DNA of 64,000 bases from Squalus acanthias (GCA_030390025.1 CM059425.1:239444001-239508000); one strand, 5' to 3'. Counted from the first letter of the stretch, positions 1-15,100 are shown. Made by a program: numbers and translations. Notes: generated by a model from the letters alone, not told the origin.

Positions 1-554
1 TCCACTGTAATGTGACTTCTTTCTTTAACCTACACTACTGGTCTGTCCTAATATTACATCTTAATAGTTCACATTTCTGAAATTAGGTAATGTCGATTAA
101 CACTCAAAATTTTGCTTAAGTTCAAAGCTACTCTGTTTCTAGCATTTACTAAGCAATTTATTTAAAATGATAGCTTATCCACAGTTATAAAAGGAAAGCG
201 AAAATATTTCTGACTATAATAGTTTGTTTTTTATGTGTTTCTGATCGATTAAATTCCATACTAAAATATAACTAACATGGCTGTGTTTTTATCCAGAAAG
301 TGCCTTTCCATCTATTTGCAAACCTTTCTATCTGCATGTATATGTGTGTGTATAAAATTCTAATTATAATGAATATATTTGGTGTTTGTTTCCATTTATG
401 AAATTAGCTTTTTGCTGCTGTCTTTTGAAGTCTCTGCTCCATGCAGCATTCTATAAGAGGTGTGAGTAGGCGACTCCAGTGCTGCATTTTTACTGTTTTG
501 TCAGGAGATGCATAATGTGGATTTCCTGAAAGAACAGCTGAAATCAAGGTGTAC

Positions 555-870
555 TCTATGCCCCTATTTATAAAAACACTTTATGGCTTTATCTACCTGC
601 ACTCACACTTTCAGGAACATATGTATTTGAACCCCTAGGTTTCTCTGTTCATCCACCCCCATCAGTATCTTTCCATTAGGTGTATACTTCCATTCCTTGT
701 TTTTCCTCCTAAAATGTATTGGCTCACACTTATCCGCATTAAATTGCACCTGTCTGCCCATTCCAACTTGCTGGTCTATGTCGTCCTGAAGTCTTTTGCA
801 GTCCTCCTCACTGTTTGCCAAACTACCTATTTTTGTGTTGTCAGCACATTTTGACATCATGTTCCTGATA
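555..870 (-). mobile_element. Degenerate CR1 LINE RT fragment
   Basis: ORF 603..860 (ADNTKIG...RLQDDID...FNADKC) is CR1 RT-like. Confidence 0.75.
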
Positions 871-879
871 CTCCAGTCC

Positions 880-1488
880 GGGCTAGAAATTCAGTGCCTT
901 AGCGCCTCCGGGGGGCGATAGCGGGGCACTAAGGACTTACCGCCCGCGAAATTCACCTGGTGGTTTGCGGTGGCGGTAAACCCCCCCCCCCCCCCCAGTG
1001 CCACAATCTCCTGCGCCCGGAAATCGTGATGTCATCAGGCTGCGTAGCGCCCCAGATCTGAAATTCATTTCTGCAGCCTGCAGCATCGCTGGGCGATGGC
1101 AACGACAGCTGCAGGAGGCGTTGATCGGGAGGTCCGGCGCTTCGGGGGGCGATACTTAAAGGCGAGGTGGCCGAGGTAGGGTCAAAAAAAATTCTGAAAT
1201 TCTCTGCGCTTTTTTTTCCGTTGCCAGCCATCGATCAGCCCGGCACTCTGCTGCAGTTGATCGGGCTGATCGGGTCAGTTCACGGCTGCTGTCGGGGAGC
1301 AGTTAAGTTTTTTCCTTGCAGAGCCTGCAGTGATGGCCCTTCCCTGCCTGCTGCCTGTTGCGCTCAAGGAATAAAGTGGAGCGCTTGATTTAGCGTTCCA
1401 CTTCCCTCTTGGGGCGCTAAAACTCAATTTCGTGGTTGCCCGGCACTAAGGTTAGCGCCCCAAAATGGTCGATACCGAATTTTCCCCC
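880..1488. mobile_element. GC-rich non-autonomous DNA transposon (Harbinger-like MITE)
   Basis: Imperfect TIRs gggctagaaattc / gaattttccccc; same style of termini as the elements at 38021 and 48565. Confidence 0.55.
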
Positions 1489-1539
1489 TATACTATCCTT
1501 GCTGCTACATTTCTTATACTATGTCTAAAATTTTCTAAA

Positions 1540-1900
1540 ATCTTTTTTGAGACACCTTATCAAATGCTTTCTGAAATTCCATATGCAATAAATTTCCTTT
1601 ATCCAATCAGTCAATTCTTCAATAAACTTCATCATTAAATTTATCAAATACTATTTGCCTTTAACAAATCGAGACTGACTGTCCTTGGTTAACCTATGAA
1701 TTTATAATCCACTTATCTTGTATTCTAGATTCGAAGAGTTTGCTCGCAATGGAGTTAGACTAATTGATCAAAAGTTACCCAGTTTATCCTTTTCTCCCTT
1801 CCAGAACAAAGGTGTTACATTGGCTACTCTCCTGTTCCATGACAATTTGCATATTTAAAGGAGGATTGGCGATGTACTTTAATCATGATTGGTTTAGTGG
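1540..1900 (-). mobile_element. Old CR1 fragment
   Basis: Decayed match to the CR1 NVTPLF...DFQKAFDKV region. Confidence 0.55.
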
Positions 1901-2640
1901 GCATTGAAATAAAAGGGATGTTTAACAAAGCTGCTGGATTACAAGTACTGGTATTTGAAATCCTGCATGTATTAACAATGTTAAGTATTTTACAATGAGG
2001 TGACCAGAAACAATCATGAACATAGTTTAGAGGCAAACCACATAATGTGTTCAAATTCTTCATTTAGCTTTGGTAATTTTTGTCATGTTTTACCTGATTA
2101 TTCTGTTGATAATCTGACTATGTCATAGCCATTTAAATAATTTTCCCACACAATTATTGTAAAATTTGGAAATCCCTTTTAAAATTGTTTTTCAAGGAGA
2201 ACCTCAGGCTCTTAAACAATTAATTTAGTACAGAACCTAGCACTAATGTTTAATTACTTTTGTTTTACAATAAAACAAAATTAAAAGTGAATGATTTCCA
2301 TTTACCTGGTAGCAGCTATAAACCAATTTGGCAAAATTCCAGGCAACCATTGGTCCCCAGTGCTTATTGCTGGCTGAAGTAGCAAATGCGAGGTAATCAA
2401 CGACACACAGTTCCAGCCTGCTCTCCTAAAGGTGCTGACTTATGCTTGGGTACAGTTTCACAGATGCCAGCTTCCCTCCACTCTTACCAAGTGGTGGTTC
2501 TTCACATATGAGCTCAGTTATAGACCTTGGCTGCATTTGTTTCCTCCTTTTTCTTCTGTAGCACAGAGATTGAGGTCAGTTCAGCCTGGAGCCTGCGTTT
2601 CGTGGGACCTTCTTAGCCAAACTGGGCAGTGCCTTTACAT

Positions 2641-4660
2641 AAGAACATAAGACGTAGGAGCAGGAGTAGGTCATTTGGCCCCTCGAGCCTGCTCCGCCAT
2701 TCAATAAGATCATGGCTGATCTGATCTTGGCCTCAACTCCACTTCCCTGCCCGCTCCCCATAACCCTTGACTCCCTTATCGTTCAAAAATCTGTCTATCT
2801 CCACCTTAAATATATTCAATGACCCAGCCTCCACAGCTCTCTGGGGAAGAGAATTCCAAAGATTCACGACCCTCTGAGAGAAGAAATTCCTCCTCATTTC
2901 CGATTTAAAAGGTGCCCCCTTATTCTGAAATTATGCCCCCTAGTTCTAGATTCCCCCACAAGGGGAAACATCCTCTCTGCATCTACCCTGTCAAGCCCCT
3001 TCAGAATCTTAAATGTTTCAGTAAGATCCCCTCTCATTCTTCTAAACTCCAATGAGTATAGGCCCAACCTGCTCAACCTTTCCTCATAAGATAACCCCTT
3101 CATCTCCGGAATCAACCTCGTGAACCCTCTCTGAACTGCCTCCAATGCAAGTATATCCTTCCTTAAATAAAGAGACCAAAACTGTACGCAGTACTTGAGG
3201 TGTGGTCTCACCAACGCCCTGTACAGTTGTAACAGGACTTCCCTACTTTTATACTCCAAAAATGTGCGGGTTAGGTTGATTTGGCTATGATAAATTGACC
3301 CTTAGTGTTAGGGGGGGATTAAATATGTGGGGTTATGGGGATAGGATAGGATATGTTAGGGGGAATTAAATACGTGGGGTTACGGAGGTAGGGTGGGATA
3401 TGTGTACTGTGGGGATTAAAGCAGGGACAGGGTACTGGACTTGGATGATCAGCCATGATCGTATTGAATGGTGGAGCAGGCTCGACGGGCCGAATGGCCT
3501 ACTCCTGCTCCTAGATTCTATGTTTCTATACTCCATTCCCTTTGCAATAGAAGCCAACACTCCATTTGCCTTCCTAATTACTTGCATGCTAACTTTTTGT
3601 GATTCATGTACAAGGACCCCCAGATCCCTCTGTACCTCAGCATTTTGTAATCTCTCCCTATTTAAATAATAATTTGCTTTTTATTTTTCCTAGCAAAGTG
3701 GATAACCTCACATTTTACCACATTAAACTCCATCTGCCAGATTTTTGCCCACTCACTTAGCCTATCTATATCCCTTTGGAGATTCTTTGCATCCTCCACA
3801 CAATTTACTTTCCCACCTATCTTTGTATCATCAGCAAATTTGGCTACATTACACTCGGTCACTTCATCCAAGTCATTAATATAGATTGTAAATAGTTGAG
3901 GCCCAAGCACTGATCCCTGCGGCACCCCACTAGTTACAGTTTGCCAACCTGAAAATGACCCATTTATCCCGACTCTCTGTTTTCTGTTAGTTAGCCAATC
4001 CTCTATCCATGCTAATATATTACCCCCCAACCCCGTGAGCTCTTATCTTGTGTAGTAACCTTTTAAGTGGCACCTTATCTAATCCAAATACACGACATCT
4101 ACTGGTTCCCCTTTATCCACCCTGCTCATTACATCCTCGAAGAACTCCAGCAAATTTGTCAAACGTGATTTCCCTTTCATAAAACCATGCTGACTCTGCT
4201 TGACTATATTATTATTTTCTAAATGTCCTGCTATCACTTCCTTAATGATGGGCTCCAGCATTTTCCCAACGACAGATGTTACGCTGACTGGTCAATAGAT
4301 GCCTGCTTTCTATCTCCCTCCTTTCTTAAATAGGGGCATTACATTTGCGGTTTTCCAGTCCGCTGGGACCTCTCCAGAATCCAGGGAATTTTGGTAGATT
4401 ACAACCAATGCATCCACTATCTCTGCAGCCACCTCTTTTAAGACTCTAGGATGCACGCCATCGGGTCCAGGGGACTTGTCCACCTTTAGTCCCATTAGTT
4501 TGCCTAGTACTTTCTCTCTAGTGATAGTGATTGTTTTAAGCTTCCCCCCCCCCCCACCCCACCCCACCCCACCCCACCCCAATAGCCCCTTGATTATCCA
4601 GTATTGGGATGCTTTTAGTGTCTTCTACCGTGAAGACCAATACAAAATATTTGTTTAAAT
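2641..4660 (-). mobile_element. 5'-truncated CR1 LINE (RT and 3' UTR), interrupted by a SINE
   Basis: ORFs 4310..4582, 4079..4261, 3662..4030, 2894..3259 carry [20 protein letters not shown] and LVRPHLxYC motifs; CR1 3' tail at 2641. Confidence 0.92.
3259..3526 (+). mobile_element. 5'-truncated V-domain/HE1-like SINE with CR1-type tail, nested in CR1
   Basis: gttaggttgatttggctatgataaattgaccc resembles the V-SINE core; CR1-type 3' end; 9-bp TSD tatactcca at 3250-3258 and 3527-3535. Confidence 0.7.
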
Positions 4661-5479
4661 TCATTGAACAATCGGGGGAATTATGAGGATGTTTTATCAA
4701 TAATGCCTTTTGCTAATTTAAATAGTGGAACTGTTTTGTGAGTAAATAGTCATCCTGCATTGTGCTTATAGAACAGGAAGTAAGCATGAATTTAAGACAA
4801 ACCGCAAACTTACATTTCCAAATATTTCCGGCAGGAGCAAGTGTGCGAAAACCGTCGGTTGGTTAAACTAGTGCAGACAATCTCTCCAAAGCAGTTAATG
4901 GTGACTTGTCCCTTAACTTGTGTAATGTAAACTTGATTTTATTATGATTAAATAATAAAGATATATTCCTCAGAATTCAAAAATGGAAGTTTGTATTGAA
5001 TGTAAACTAGAGCTTCTTTTCATTTGACGATCATAGTCTTTTCATTTAACTAACTGCACCCACCACGCTGTCATTGAGAACAGTCCACACTGATGTACAC
5101 TAGTGTAGCAAATGTTTTGGCAAAGCTGTATGTTTGAATGACATTATGCATCAAGAAGGTTGAAGTGGACTGTTGACGGTGCCAAGTCGGGGGTGAAGGG
5201 GGTGCATTTGGGAAGATCATCTGTAGTTTTGGGGTACAATGCTGCTCTCTCTCTCACTGGTCTAGTTGTGCCAGCTTGTGTCTTGATGCCCTCAGTGGAG
5301 ATTTATTTTTCAAGCTGGTCCACAAAATGGAACTCCAGTGCAGCTGAGTTTTTCAACCATTTTAAATGAGTTTGCAGTTCAGTTTTACTTTTTGTATGTG
5401 TTTGTAAGTGAGACAGTTCAGTTGGAAAGCTTGTCCTTAAAATACTTAAAATAAAAAGAATTGGTGCTTTCCTGCTTGG

Positions 5480-5830
5480 CCCAATGAGTTTAGACAGTGA
5501 GCAGCTGAACCATATAGACCAGGAAAATCCCCAGAGTGCACGGTTAGCTGATTTGAGCTAGGAAATGGTAGGAACAATACTCCACTTCCCCATGGGTTAT
5601 GGAATGGCAAAATCAGCCAGAGTTCCTGCTCGATTGTGTTCCGCGACACCTGCCAGCAGTGTGCACACGCGAATGTTGGCCCCCACAGTTAAATAGCATT
5701 GACGGGGAGTGTCTGTAGGCTAACATATGATAGATGATTGGGCACTTGGGAGTATTCGAGTGTATGGTTGGTGCCTGTGATATTGTACCCCATCAAGGAG
5801 TCAACATCTTCAAGGCAGATTAGGAGAAAT
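5480..5830 (+). mobile_element. Old dispersed SINE-like repeat (related copies at about 23880-24260 and 35340-35620, minus strand)
   Basis: Shared cagtgagyagytgaaccatatrgaccwgga head and similar body among copies; family not identified. Confidence 0.5.
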
Positions 5831-5994
5831 TTTGACAGGAAAAGGAGAGCATTTTTTTTAAAATTGACTGGTTTAAGTTCAATTTTAACTTTCTTGCACA
5901 CTCTATCAAGGTGTGCGATCACTGAGATTAGCAGTTTTGATGCTTTACCTGGAAATGGATGATTTAGTGAAAAATCAAACTTTTTATGTGACAG

Positions 5995-6118
5995 GAAACT
6001 TCCCTACAAAATAATCTTGAATCCTATGGATGGAAAAGAAAGAAAACTTTGGTCAGCAGTACAAGTGGATCTAATGCCTCTCCTAATTCATCTGCATCGA
6101 GCCCTGCTGCTGCTGCAG
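5995..6118 (+). CDS. CENPU: CENPU internal exon (ETSLQNNLESYGWKRKKTLVSSTSGSNASPNSSASSPAAAA)
   Basis: acag acceptor and G|gtgagg donor; open frame; phase 1 fits the next exon; low-complexity region, so weak homology support. Confidence 0.7.
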
Positions 6119-9100
6119 GTGAGGATATGACTAATGCAGCACAAGTGTACTAAATGGAATGCCCAGTTAAAGGGAACAATGATTGTATAACATTCTTTCC
6201 TGTTCTAATGGAGGGGGGGAAAGAGTGAGAATAAATGCTCCTCTAAGAATAGACTTGTTGGTTCTGTTTACAGGCACAATTTGGAAGCATACTGTTCTGC
6301 CTATATCTTAGCATTCTGTTAAGTTTTTTTTCTTGCTTTGCCATCTTGTCTGGGAATTGAAAATTATATATCTACTACTATCCCTGTTCCCTTTCTCAGT
6401 CATTGTATGCTTATGATATTTTTTTCCAACTCTGTAAATTATAGGGAGAAAGTAATAATTTTTTGTTTGATTTTAACACAATTGAACAGCAATTTATAAT
6501 AGTGGATAGTTTGCTTTCTTTTGTCTTTCAGAGGCTGGTCCATCTGTGAAAATCTGGTGTCCTGAAGGTATGAAGAGGTTAACAAAAGATGTCACTGAAT
6601 TGGATGTAGTTCTCGATAATTTTGAGGAGATTGTTATAGAATACAAGTAAGTTCAAGAATGGTGTTGTAAAACGTGGTGAAGTAGTTAATATCCTTGGAA
6701 TATGCAGCATTGTAGAACAACTTGTGTATGGGAGCTTATTGCACCCTTTAATGCCCATCTGCCTATTCAGTTGGACATTAAAGATCCCATTGCACTATTC
6801 AAAGAATAGCAGGGACTTCTGGTGTCATCGTCAACGTTTCTCCCTCAATCAACAACATCAAAACCAGATTTTATGGTCATTCTTTTAGTTTGCTGTTTGT
6901 GGGATCTTGCTGTGTAGAATTGGCTGTTGCATTTGCCTACATAACAGCAGTGACTACACTTCAAAAGTAAAAAATTGGATAGTAAGTGCTTTGGGGCATT
7001 CTGAGGATATGATGAGATATATATAATACATACATACATGAAACAAAATAGTTAGGGTAGGACAAGGGGACTCGGGGTTAAAGCTAGTAAATTGCAAATT
7101 TAGGACTGACATCAGGAAGTTCTTCACGGGTGATCAATACATGGAATGGACTCCCTGAAAGTAGTGGAGGCGAAAACCCTGGAATCATTTATTAAAAAAA
7201 TTAATTAAAAAAAAATACAAGCACTCAATTGGATTTTGCATTTGGGGGTGGGGGGACTTTAGAATCTTTTTGGACAGATGAACTAGGATGGGCTGAATAG
7301 TCTTGCTCGTATGTAAATATCTTGTGACTCAAACTGCCACTTTTCACCCATTAAAAAGCCATTTTAGCCATACTCTGGCCAAGGGTACAATGTTCAGCCC
7401 CAAAATAGCACGGAAGCAGGCTCTCATACACTCTAAATATCTGATCACCCCATACCAGATGCAGCTATACCAGGCCACACCCCATACCAGATGCAGCTAT
7501 ACCAGGCCACACCCCATATTATGCAGACCTTCTGTTGGCCACTAACACCTGATCACTGAACATTAAATTTCATGAATTCAGTATTGCCACACAGCTCGAG
7601 ATGTCTCTCATGGCAGTCTCTTCATCTGTGCTCTCGACTGCCTCTCGGACCAGTAATTGCTTGCCTTGTATTCCAGCACATTGCACCCATTAAGATTTGA
7701 TGGTCTGAAATCGCTCCTCTGATCTACTGGGTTGTATGATCTCTGTCTCACAGGGTACCAGCTAGTCACCTGGTTTAGTGAATAGCCTGCTGCTGACTAG
7801 TGGAGGACCCCTGTTTTTCCACCTGGTGCTATCCCCATGACAACTGGAATACATGTCTTGTTTGTAAGGGGAAAGAGAATGATTCCTGTGTTGATCTAGA
7901 ATGCAAACAAAACAACCTCACATTGTAGATCATAAAGATCACTTCTGTTTGAAGGAGCAGTTTAAATAACCAACAAACTTGTTTCTGCCACTATTGTGAT
8001 TTAAAAAAATTAAGTTCTACAGTAGTTTGATAATTTACATATACTAGCTTTATTCTTAATAGCGCAGATTTTAAGACTTTATAATTCTTCAGTACAACTG
8101 CATGTTGTCTTGTTAGTAAAGTGTAGTTTTTGTTCAATTTGATAGGCAGTCTGTGGAAACTAATGTTTGCAGAAAAGTAATTGGCAGATTCTTCACTGAT
8201 TTAAAGGAGCAAGTTACTGAAACTGTAAGTACTGCAGGGATGACTGCTGCCATAGTACTCCTCGCTGCTTTTAGACAACTCTGGCGGCCACCTGAAATCA
8301 GTGTTGGATCAATTTAAATTGAAGGGTCCTGCGACTGTCCTGCAAAGGCCACTGGAGGTCGTGAAAGAATTGGTGGGGAAAGTTTTTATTACTTCCCCAT
8401 CTGTGGAGCATGGAGGGGGAGTGCTCCTCCCAACTCCCCAGCACTACTATAGGTGGCCCTACTCGGCCCTCCATGTATTAGAGTTTGTGACGCTCTCTGA
8501 GCGCAGTGAGAATCCTCAGTCTCTGTCCCCTTGTTCCCCATTTGCCCACCAGTGGAAACCTTTCACTCTTTACCCACAGCAAGGTCCCCAAGTTTCACTC
8601 ACCTCACTGGCTGCTCTCACTCATCCCATTGCTTTTGCTCCCAGCTCTGCAGGAGATATTGGGCCCCACATCCACCCCATTCCATTCCTCTTTTCCCCCC
8701 CAGGTTATTCTGTAGTCTGCCTTTCTCCCTGACTGCCGGTCCTGTCACACCCCCTCCCCTCCAGTCCTAATATCCGTCTCCCCAGCCCCCCATCCATGCT
8801 CCTCTCCCATTCACCTTCCCGTCACTCCTAAGCGAGTGGTAGCTCTCTGTGCCTGCGGAGAGGGTGTTACACTTTTTGGCAGATCATGCCGGTTGTTTGA
8901 AATTATCCAGCCAACACCTTAGTAAATATTTGAGCGATGCAGCTAAGTTCATGGTTCAGTGTAAATACGGCCATTTGTATGCATGCCAAGACTTTCACTT
9001 TTAATAAGACACTTGTCTTGTGGCCATACACTCTTGGTGATTCTCCACCTTCTGAGCATAGACTTTAATTCCTACTATGGGAAAACATGAGAGGAAGGTG

Positions 9101-12100
9101 TTTGACTGGGAGCATCAAGTAAGTAGGCTCCTATAGCCACATCTCTGCTCTACAGAAGGTTGTGAAGCAGAGATGAAACTTTTCCAGAGGAGTGTGCAAC
9201 AAAGCTGCATTTTAATTAGCGTTCAAATAACAATCAAGAGTTGTTTATATGGATGAGATTCGGTAACACAACAGAGTCCAGGAATTGAACCTGGGACTTT
9301 CCTAATCTCTACCTCGCTACTTGATGCATTTATGTTGATAAGGCAGTAAATAGTGCAAAGTATTGTGATTGATTTGAATAGAATACAAAACAGTGAGATA
9401 ATGCTAAAGTTATATGGTACCTTGCTTAGACCAGAGTACTGTGTACAGTTCTGATTGCCATACTACAAAAAGGATATTTTTTTATTGGGCAAAATGCAGA
9501 AATGTTTTGCACGGATTTTACCAGAATTGAAACGATGCAACAATCAGAAAAGATTGAGCAGGCTAGGGCTCTTTAATCTGGAAAAGACTAAAAGGAGATC
9601 TTATAGGGGCCTTTAAAATTATGAAGGGGTTCGATAGGGTGGACATGGAGAAACATGGAATAAATAAAGTGGGAGGAGGTTCATGTGGAGTATACATACT
9701 GGCATAGACCAGTTAAGCCAAATGGCCTGTTTTTGTGCTGTAGATTCCATGTAATTCTATGTACAGGAAACTCTCGTTTAAACGGCACCTAAATATCCGG
9801 AACTCTCTAATAACCGGCAGAATTCATACTCCGAAAACTACTTTATACAGTCGTTTATAAGTTTTGTTTTACTGTTAAGTAATTAGAGTTATGGATTACT
9901 CTCAACTGGCATTACTGTACTTAATCAAGCATCTTCCACCATCCATTTAACACAACATTCTGTAGGGGAGTACCCAATTATACTGCACATTTCTTGATTT
10001 TTAAATTTTTGTTTGTTAAAAATAGCCTCGGTAGATATACCTCTCCGTTATCCGGAATTTTTAATCAACCGGCACCATCCCGGTCCCGTCGGTGCCGGAT
10101 ACGAAAGAGTTTCCTGTATACACTTAGCCATCAGGGCAGTTCATCAGTATTTTTAATACCGTATCATACACACACTGCTTGTTTGGGAGGTGGGGTTTGG
10201 AAAATAATTCAAGTTGTGACGTTGAGGAGCAGGCAACCTACTTTATATTCAGTGTGTTATATTTTCCTGCACCATTTCCCATATCCCAACACTTCCAATC
10301 ACAATTCTAGATGGCCAAAAACAATTTCTCCAAATTGCTGTCTGAAAATTACCGCTCTAGATCTTGACCAGAGTCAGTTTTTCATATCAAACTATTGCCC
10401 ATCCAGATTGATAACTTTTCCTTTATAAAAGATCAGTCAAGTACAAGATCTGAAGAATGTGGAAAGAAAAAATGCGAGGGTAAGTATTTATTTTGTATCA
10501 AAAGTTTTCACTTCTAAAATTATTAAAAATTTATAATAAATTACAAGTTGAAATTAACTAATATTTAATGTTTACAGGTGTTGACGACCTTCAACAAGAC
10601 AAGAAAGCACTTTCTAGTAGCTCAGAAGGAATTAAACGAGTAATGCTATGTTTAATTTGGTCTTATCTTAAATCATTAGTATTGACACCGTTTGTGTGTG
10701 GTACTTAAGTAAATAGTAAAATATAGAAACATAGAAGACAGGAGCAGGAGTAGGCCATTCGGCCCCTCGAGCCTGCTCCGCCATTCGATGAGATCATGGC
10801 TGATCATCCAAACTCAGTACCCTGTCCCTGCCTTCTCCCCATATCCCTTGATACCTTTAGCTTTAAGAAATATATCTAACTCATTCTTGAATATATTTAA
10901 TGACTTGGCCTCAACTGCCTTCTGTGGTAGAGAACTCCACAGGTTCACCACTCTCTGGGTGAAGAAATTCTTCCTCATTTCTCATATTTTATGTTTCAAG
11001 TATGGTCCTTGTTATTTTTTCTTTGCAAGCAGTGTACCCTTTTTGATGATTTTAGGTCACTTAACTCAAGTACCACTGTGATGAAATATAACTATTTAAA
11101 TGCACAGTGGAAATGTTACTAATTTAAATTATAATCAATTTACCACAGACCAGTTGATTTTTTTTTTTCTTTCTACTCTAAATTGGAAAGTAAAGTTATG
11201 ATTATTTACAGACAGGAAGTACAACTCAAACACTTGCGGAAGGAATATTCTGAACTGAGTCAAAAGAAATCGGATTTGCAGCTTGCGACACAATTCGTGT
11301 CTGGTTTTAAACAACTGAAGACACAGTATATTGAACACAGGAACAAAAACCCTCGTGAGAAAGAAACAGTAAGACTTCTGTTTGTTGTATCCATTTGTGC
11401 TGGTATTCTGTAAAATGCTGTTTAGTGACTTGGGAGTCACAGACAAGTTCAGGTTCCCTATAACCTTGCCCACAAGCAGGATCCACAATAATGGCCTGGG
11501 AACACCCCACCTAGAACGGCAGTTTGCACTTTTATAGTGCTCGCACTTCAAAGTCCAAAGTTGCTCCATGAAGGAAGGGATGGTTGTCTTTATAGGAGTT
11601 AGCAGGAGGTGACCATAGACTTGGTTGAAGAAATGGATTTTGAGAAGGCTTTTAATGCTGTAGAGAGAGGCAGATGGTTTAAGAAAGGAAGTTGCTAAAT
11701 TGTAGGCTTGAAATAGTGGAGTTGAGGAAACCACAGGCGGCCAGAATCAGGATGGGAGGATGTGTGGTTGGGGTAAGGGTGTGGAGGGATATGAAGATGA
11801 GGATTTTAAGTTTGGTGTGTGTGGGAGGAGAGATGGAGAATAGTGCAGGTCAACGAGGATGGGGGTGATAGGTGAGCACGGCTTAATGAAGATATGGGGG
11901 TAGACTTTGAGAGAAGGCAGAGCACTTGCATTTATAAAGTGCCTTTCACATCGTTCGTGCATCCCAAACTACTTTACAGCCAATTAATTAATTTAAGTGA
12001 AGTCACTGGTTCTGTCGTTTAACATGGAAGTTTAACTCCCCCCTTTAAAGACCTATTCGTGATTCTCCCATGGCGATGCACATGGGAAAACACCAAATAG

Positions 12101-15100
12101 AGTATTCAGGTTGAGCAGCAAGTTTGGCTGCTTCTGATCAGAGGATAATTAAACAAGATTGGAAAAAGGCAAATGGATGAGGGTGGGAGAAACAAATGGA
12201 GGGGAGAACGGGGCATGGATTAACTGGGGAAGAGGGGAGGCAGTGCCAAAGAACACTTTCGGGGGAGAGGGTTGGCAGCATAGGCTGGTGACAACTCTCA
12301 TTGGCGAGAGGGAGGAGGAATAAGGGGTCCCAGGGAAGCTCCATGCTACTCTGCTGTTGAGGCTGCAAGGTCCAGTGAGTTGGCAAGAATTGCTGACTGA
12401 CCCACGAATTTTGGAAATACTCACTAAATTGCTGGGCCAAGACAATGTCAGCTGCGATGGGGCCTCCTTGAAAGGTCCACTGAATTTACAGAAGCCCAAG
12501 TAGAAACGAGACAATACATCCTATATAAATAAAGGGGCAATTTGAGGGAGACAGTGAAAGGGAAGGGAACAAGTGTTTTGGCTCCATCCTACAAGTCTTA
12601 TCAAGGACATTTTACAACTGGTGACCATTGAGGTGGGTCAGTAAAGGTCACCATTGAGCTGCCAACAATAAGTTTGGCAGCTACTGAATTTTTTTTCCAG
12701 TACTTAGTTTAACTTTAATATAACAGGAACAGCAATACTGGATTAGAACCAATGCTAGGAGCCTGTCACATTAACATTAGTACACAAGCAAAACAAATAA
12801 ATTCCATTGGTACTGCAGGTATATGCAGATACTTAATGTATTTTCCCATTGAAATAGTCTCCCAGGAGTTTAATATATTTTAAAATGCAATGTTGCAGAA
12901 ATTTTAATGTATGTATGTGAACCTCCAGCTTGTTCTTCCTCTACTCTAATTATTTTACAATTTGAGATCCATTTGCTTTCTTGTTCCCCAAAATATACCT
13001 CTTCACATTTCTCTGCATTGACCTGCATTTGCTCACTACTAACCTATTAGTGTCCTAATTTGAAATAATTAGTTAATGATGGTTTTGGATAATGAAGCCA
13101 TGGCTGCAAACTCATTTCATTTGGAGGGGAGAGAGAGAGAACTTAGTTTGGCCCCATTTAGAGTCAGAGTCTCTGATATGGACAGAAACTTACTTAGTAT
13201 TATAGAGTGCTCCCTAATATTTCTTGTTTACAACAAAAACACATACGTAAGAACATAAGAAATAGGAGCAGGAGTAGGCCATTTGGCCCTTCGAGCCTGC
13301 TCCACCATTCAATAAGATCATGGCTGATCTTCTACCTCATCTCCACTTTCCTGAACTATCCCATATCCCCTTAATATTCAAAAATCTATCAATCTCTGTC
13401 TTGAATATTCTCAACAACTGAGCCGCCACAGCCCTCTGGGGTAGAGAATTCCAAAGATTCACCACCCTCTGAGTGAAGAAATTTCTCCTCATCTCAGTCC
13501 TAAATGGCCAACCCCTTATTCTGAGACTGTGACCCCTGGTTCTAGACTCCCCAGCCAGGGGAAACATCCTCCCTGCATCTACCCTGTCAAGTCCTGTAAG
13601 AATTTTGTATGTTTTAATGAGATCACCTCTCATTAAGAACATAAGAAATAGGAGCAGGAATAGGCCACCTAGCCCCTCCAGCCTGCTCCGCCATTTCAAT
13701 AAGATCATGGCTGATCTTGGGCTCAAAGCCACTTCCCTGCCCGTTCCCCATAACCCTTCACTCCCTTATCTTGTAAAAATCTGTCTTATCTCCACCTCTA
13801 TGGCAAGTATATCCTTCCTTGGGTAAGGAGACCAAAACTGTACACACTACTCCAGGTGTGGTCTCACCAAAGCCCTATATAATTGCAGTAAGACGTCTTT
13901 ACTCTTGTACTCAAATCCTCTTGTAATAAAGGCCAACATACCATTTGCTTTCCAAATTGCTTGCTGTACCTGCATGTTAACTTTCAGTGATTCGTGTATT
14001 CTGATACCCAGGTCCCTCTGAACACCAACATTTCCCAATCTCTCTCCATTTTAAAAATACTCTGCTTTTCTATTTTTCCTACCAAAGTGGATAACTTTAC
14101 ATTTCTCCACATTATATTCCATTATACTCTGCCCTACAAACTACTGTTTGGGGGCCTATAAACAACTCCCACCAATATAGTGCCTTTAGCTTTGACTTAT
14201 TTCTCTTTTTCCCTGAAGTCACCGTAGTTACTGATGCCTTATTACCTTTGTTACTCACTCTCTCCCTTCCTGACCCACTCTACTTATTTTTACCCAAAAC
14301 TCTACTCTGCTCTAGAGCCTTGACATTTCTCTTGCTGCTTTTAAATTTACTCTTTCCTGAATCCTCCCATCCCACCTTCATTAGTTTAAAGCCCTGTCTA
14401 CTGCCCTAGTTATTCGGTCCGCCAGGACACTGGTCCCAGCCTGATTTAAGTGGCGCCCGTCCCAACGGAACAGCTCCCTCTTTCCCCAGTACTGGTGCCA
14501 GTGCCCCATGAACCAAAACCCCTTCCTCCCACATCATTCTGCGCCACGCATTTAAACCTCTAATCTGTTTGTCCCTCTGCCAATTTGCGCGTGGCTCAGG
14601 TAACAATCCAGAGATTATTACCTTTTGAGGTACTGCTTTTTAATTTGGATCCTAGCTCTTCAAACTCCCTCAGCAGAATCTCATTCCTAGTTCTACCTAT
14701 GTCGTTGGTTCCTACGTGGACCACGACAACTGGATCCTCCCCCTCCCCAATCCAAGTTCTTTTCCAGCCGCGAGGAGATGTCTTTAACCCTGGCACCGGG
14801 TAGGCAACACAACCTTTGGAACTCTATCCCTACCACAACTACATTCCCTTTCACTCTCTCTCTCTCTCTCTCCTCCCCCCCCCCCCCCCCCCCCATTTGA
14901 ATGGCCTCCTGCACCATGGTGCCATGGTCAGCTTACTCATCCAACCTACAGGCTTTTCCTCATCCACCCAGGCAGCAAGAACCTCATACCTGTTGGACAA
15001 GGGCAAAGGCTGAGGCTCCTCCAGCACTGCACCTGGGGTCCCCTTACCTGCCTGAGTTGCAGCCACACCCTCTTGTTCCTGACCACTAACCAGGCCTGTA

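Noticed and set aside
505-548. Exon-like segment (tcag|GAGATGCAT...TCAAG|gtgtac, EMHNVDFLKEQLKS) as an upstream CENPU exon
   Set aside because: Weak donor, and its phase 2 end does not fit the phase 0 start at 5995; no homology I can recognise
5160-5369. Short ORF in CENPU intron with coding-like composition
   Set aside because: No splice signals or recognisable motif; cannot be supported without a search
11135-11734. 199-aa minus-strand ORF antisense to a CENPU exon
   Set aside because: Starts in an L2 fragment and runs antisense through an exon; no coherent protein signal
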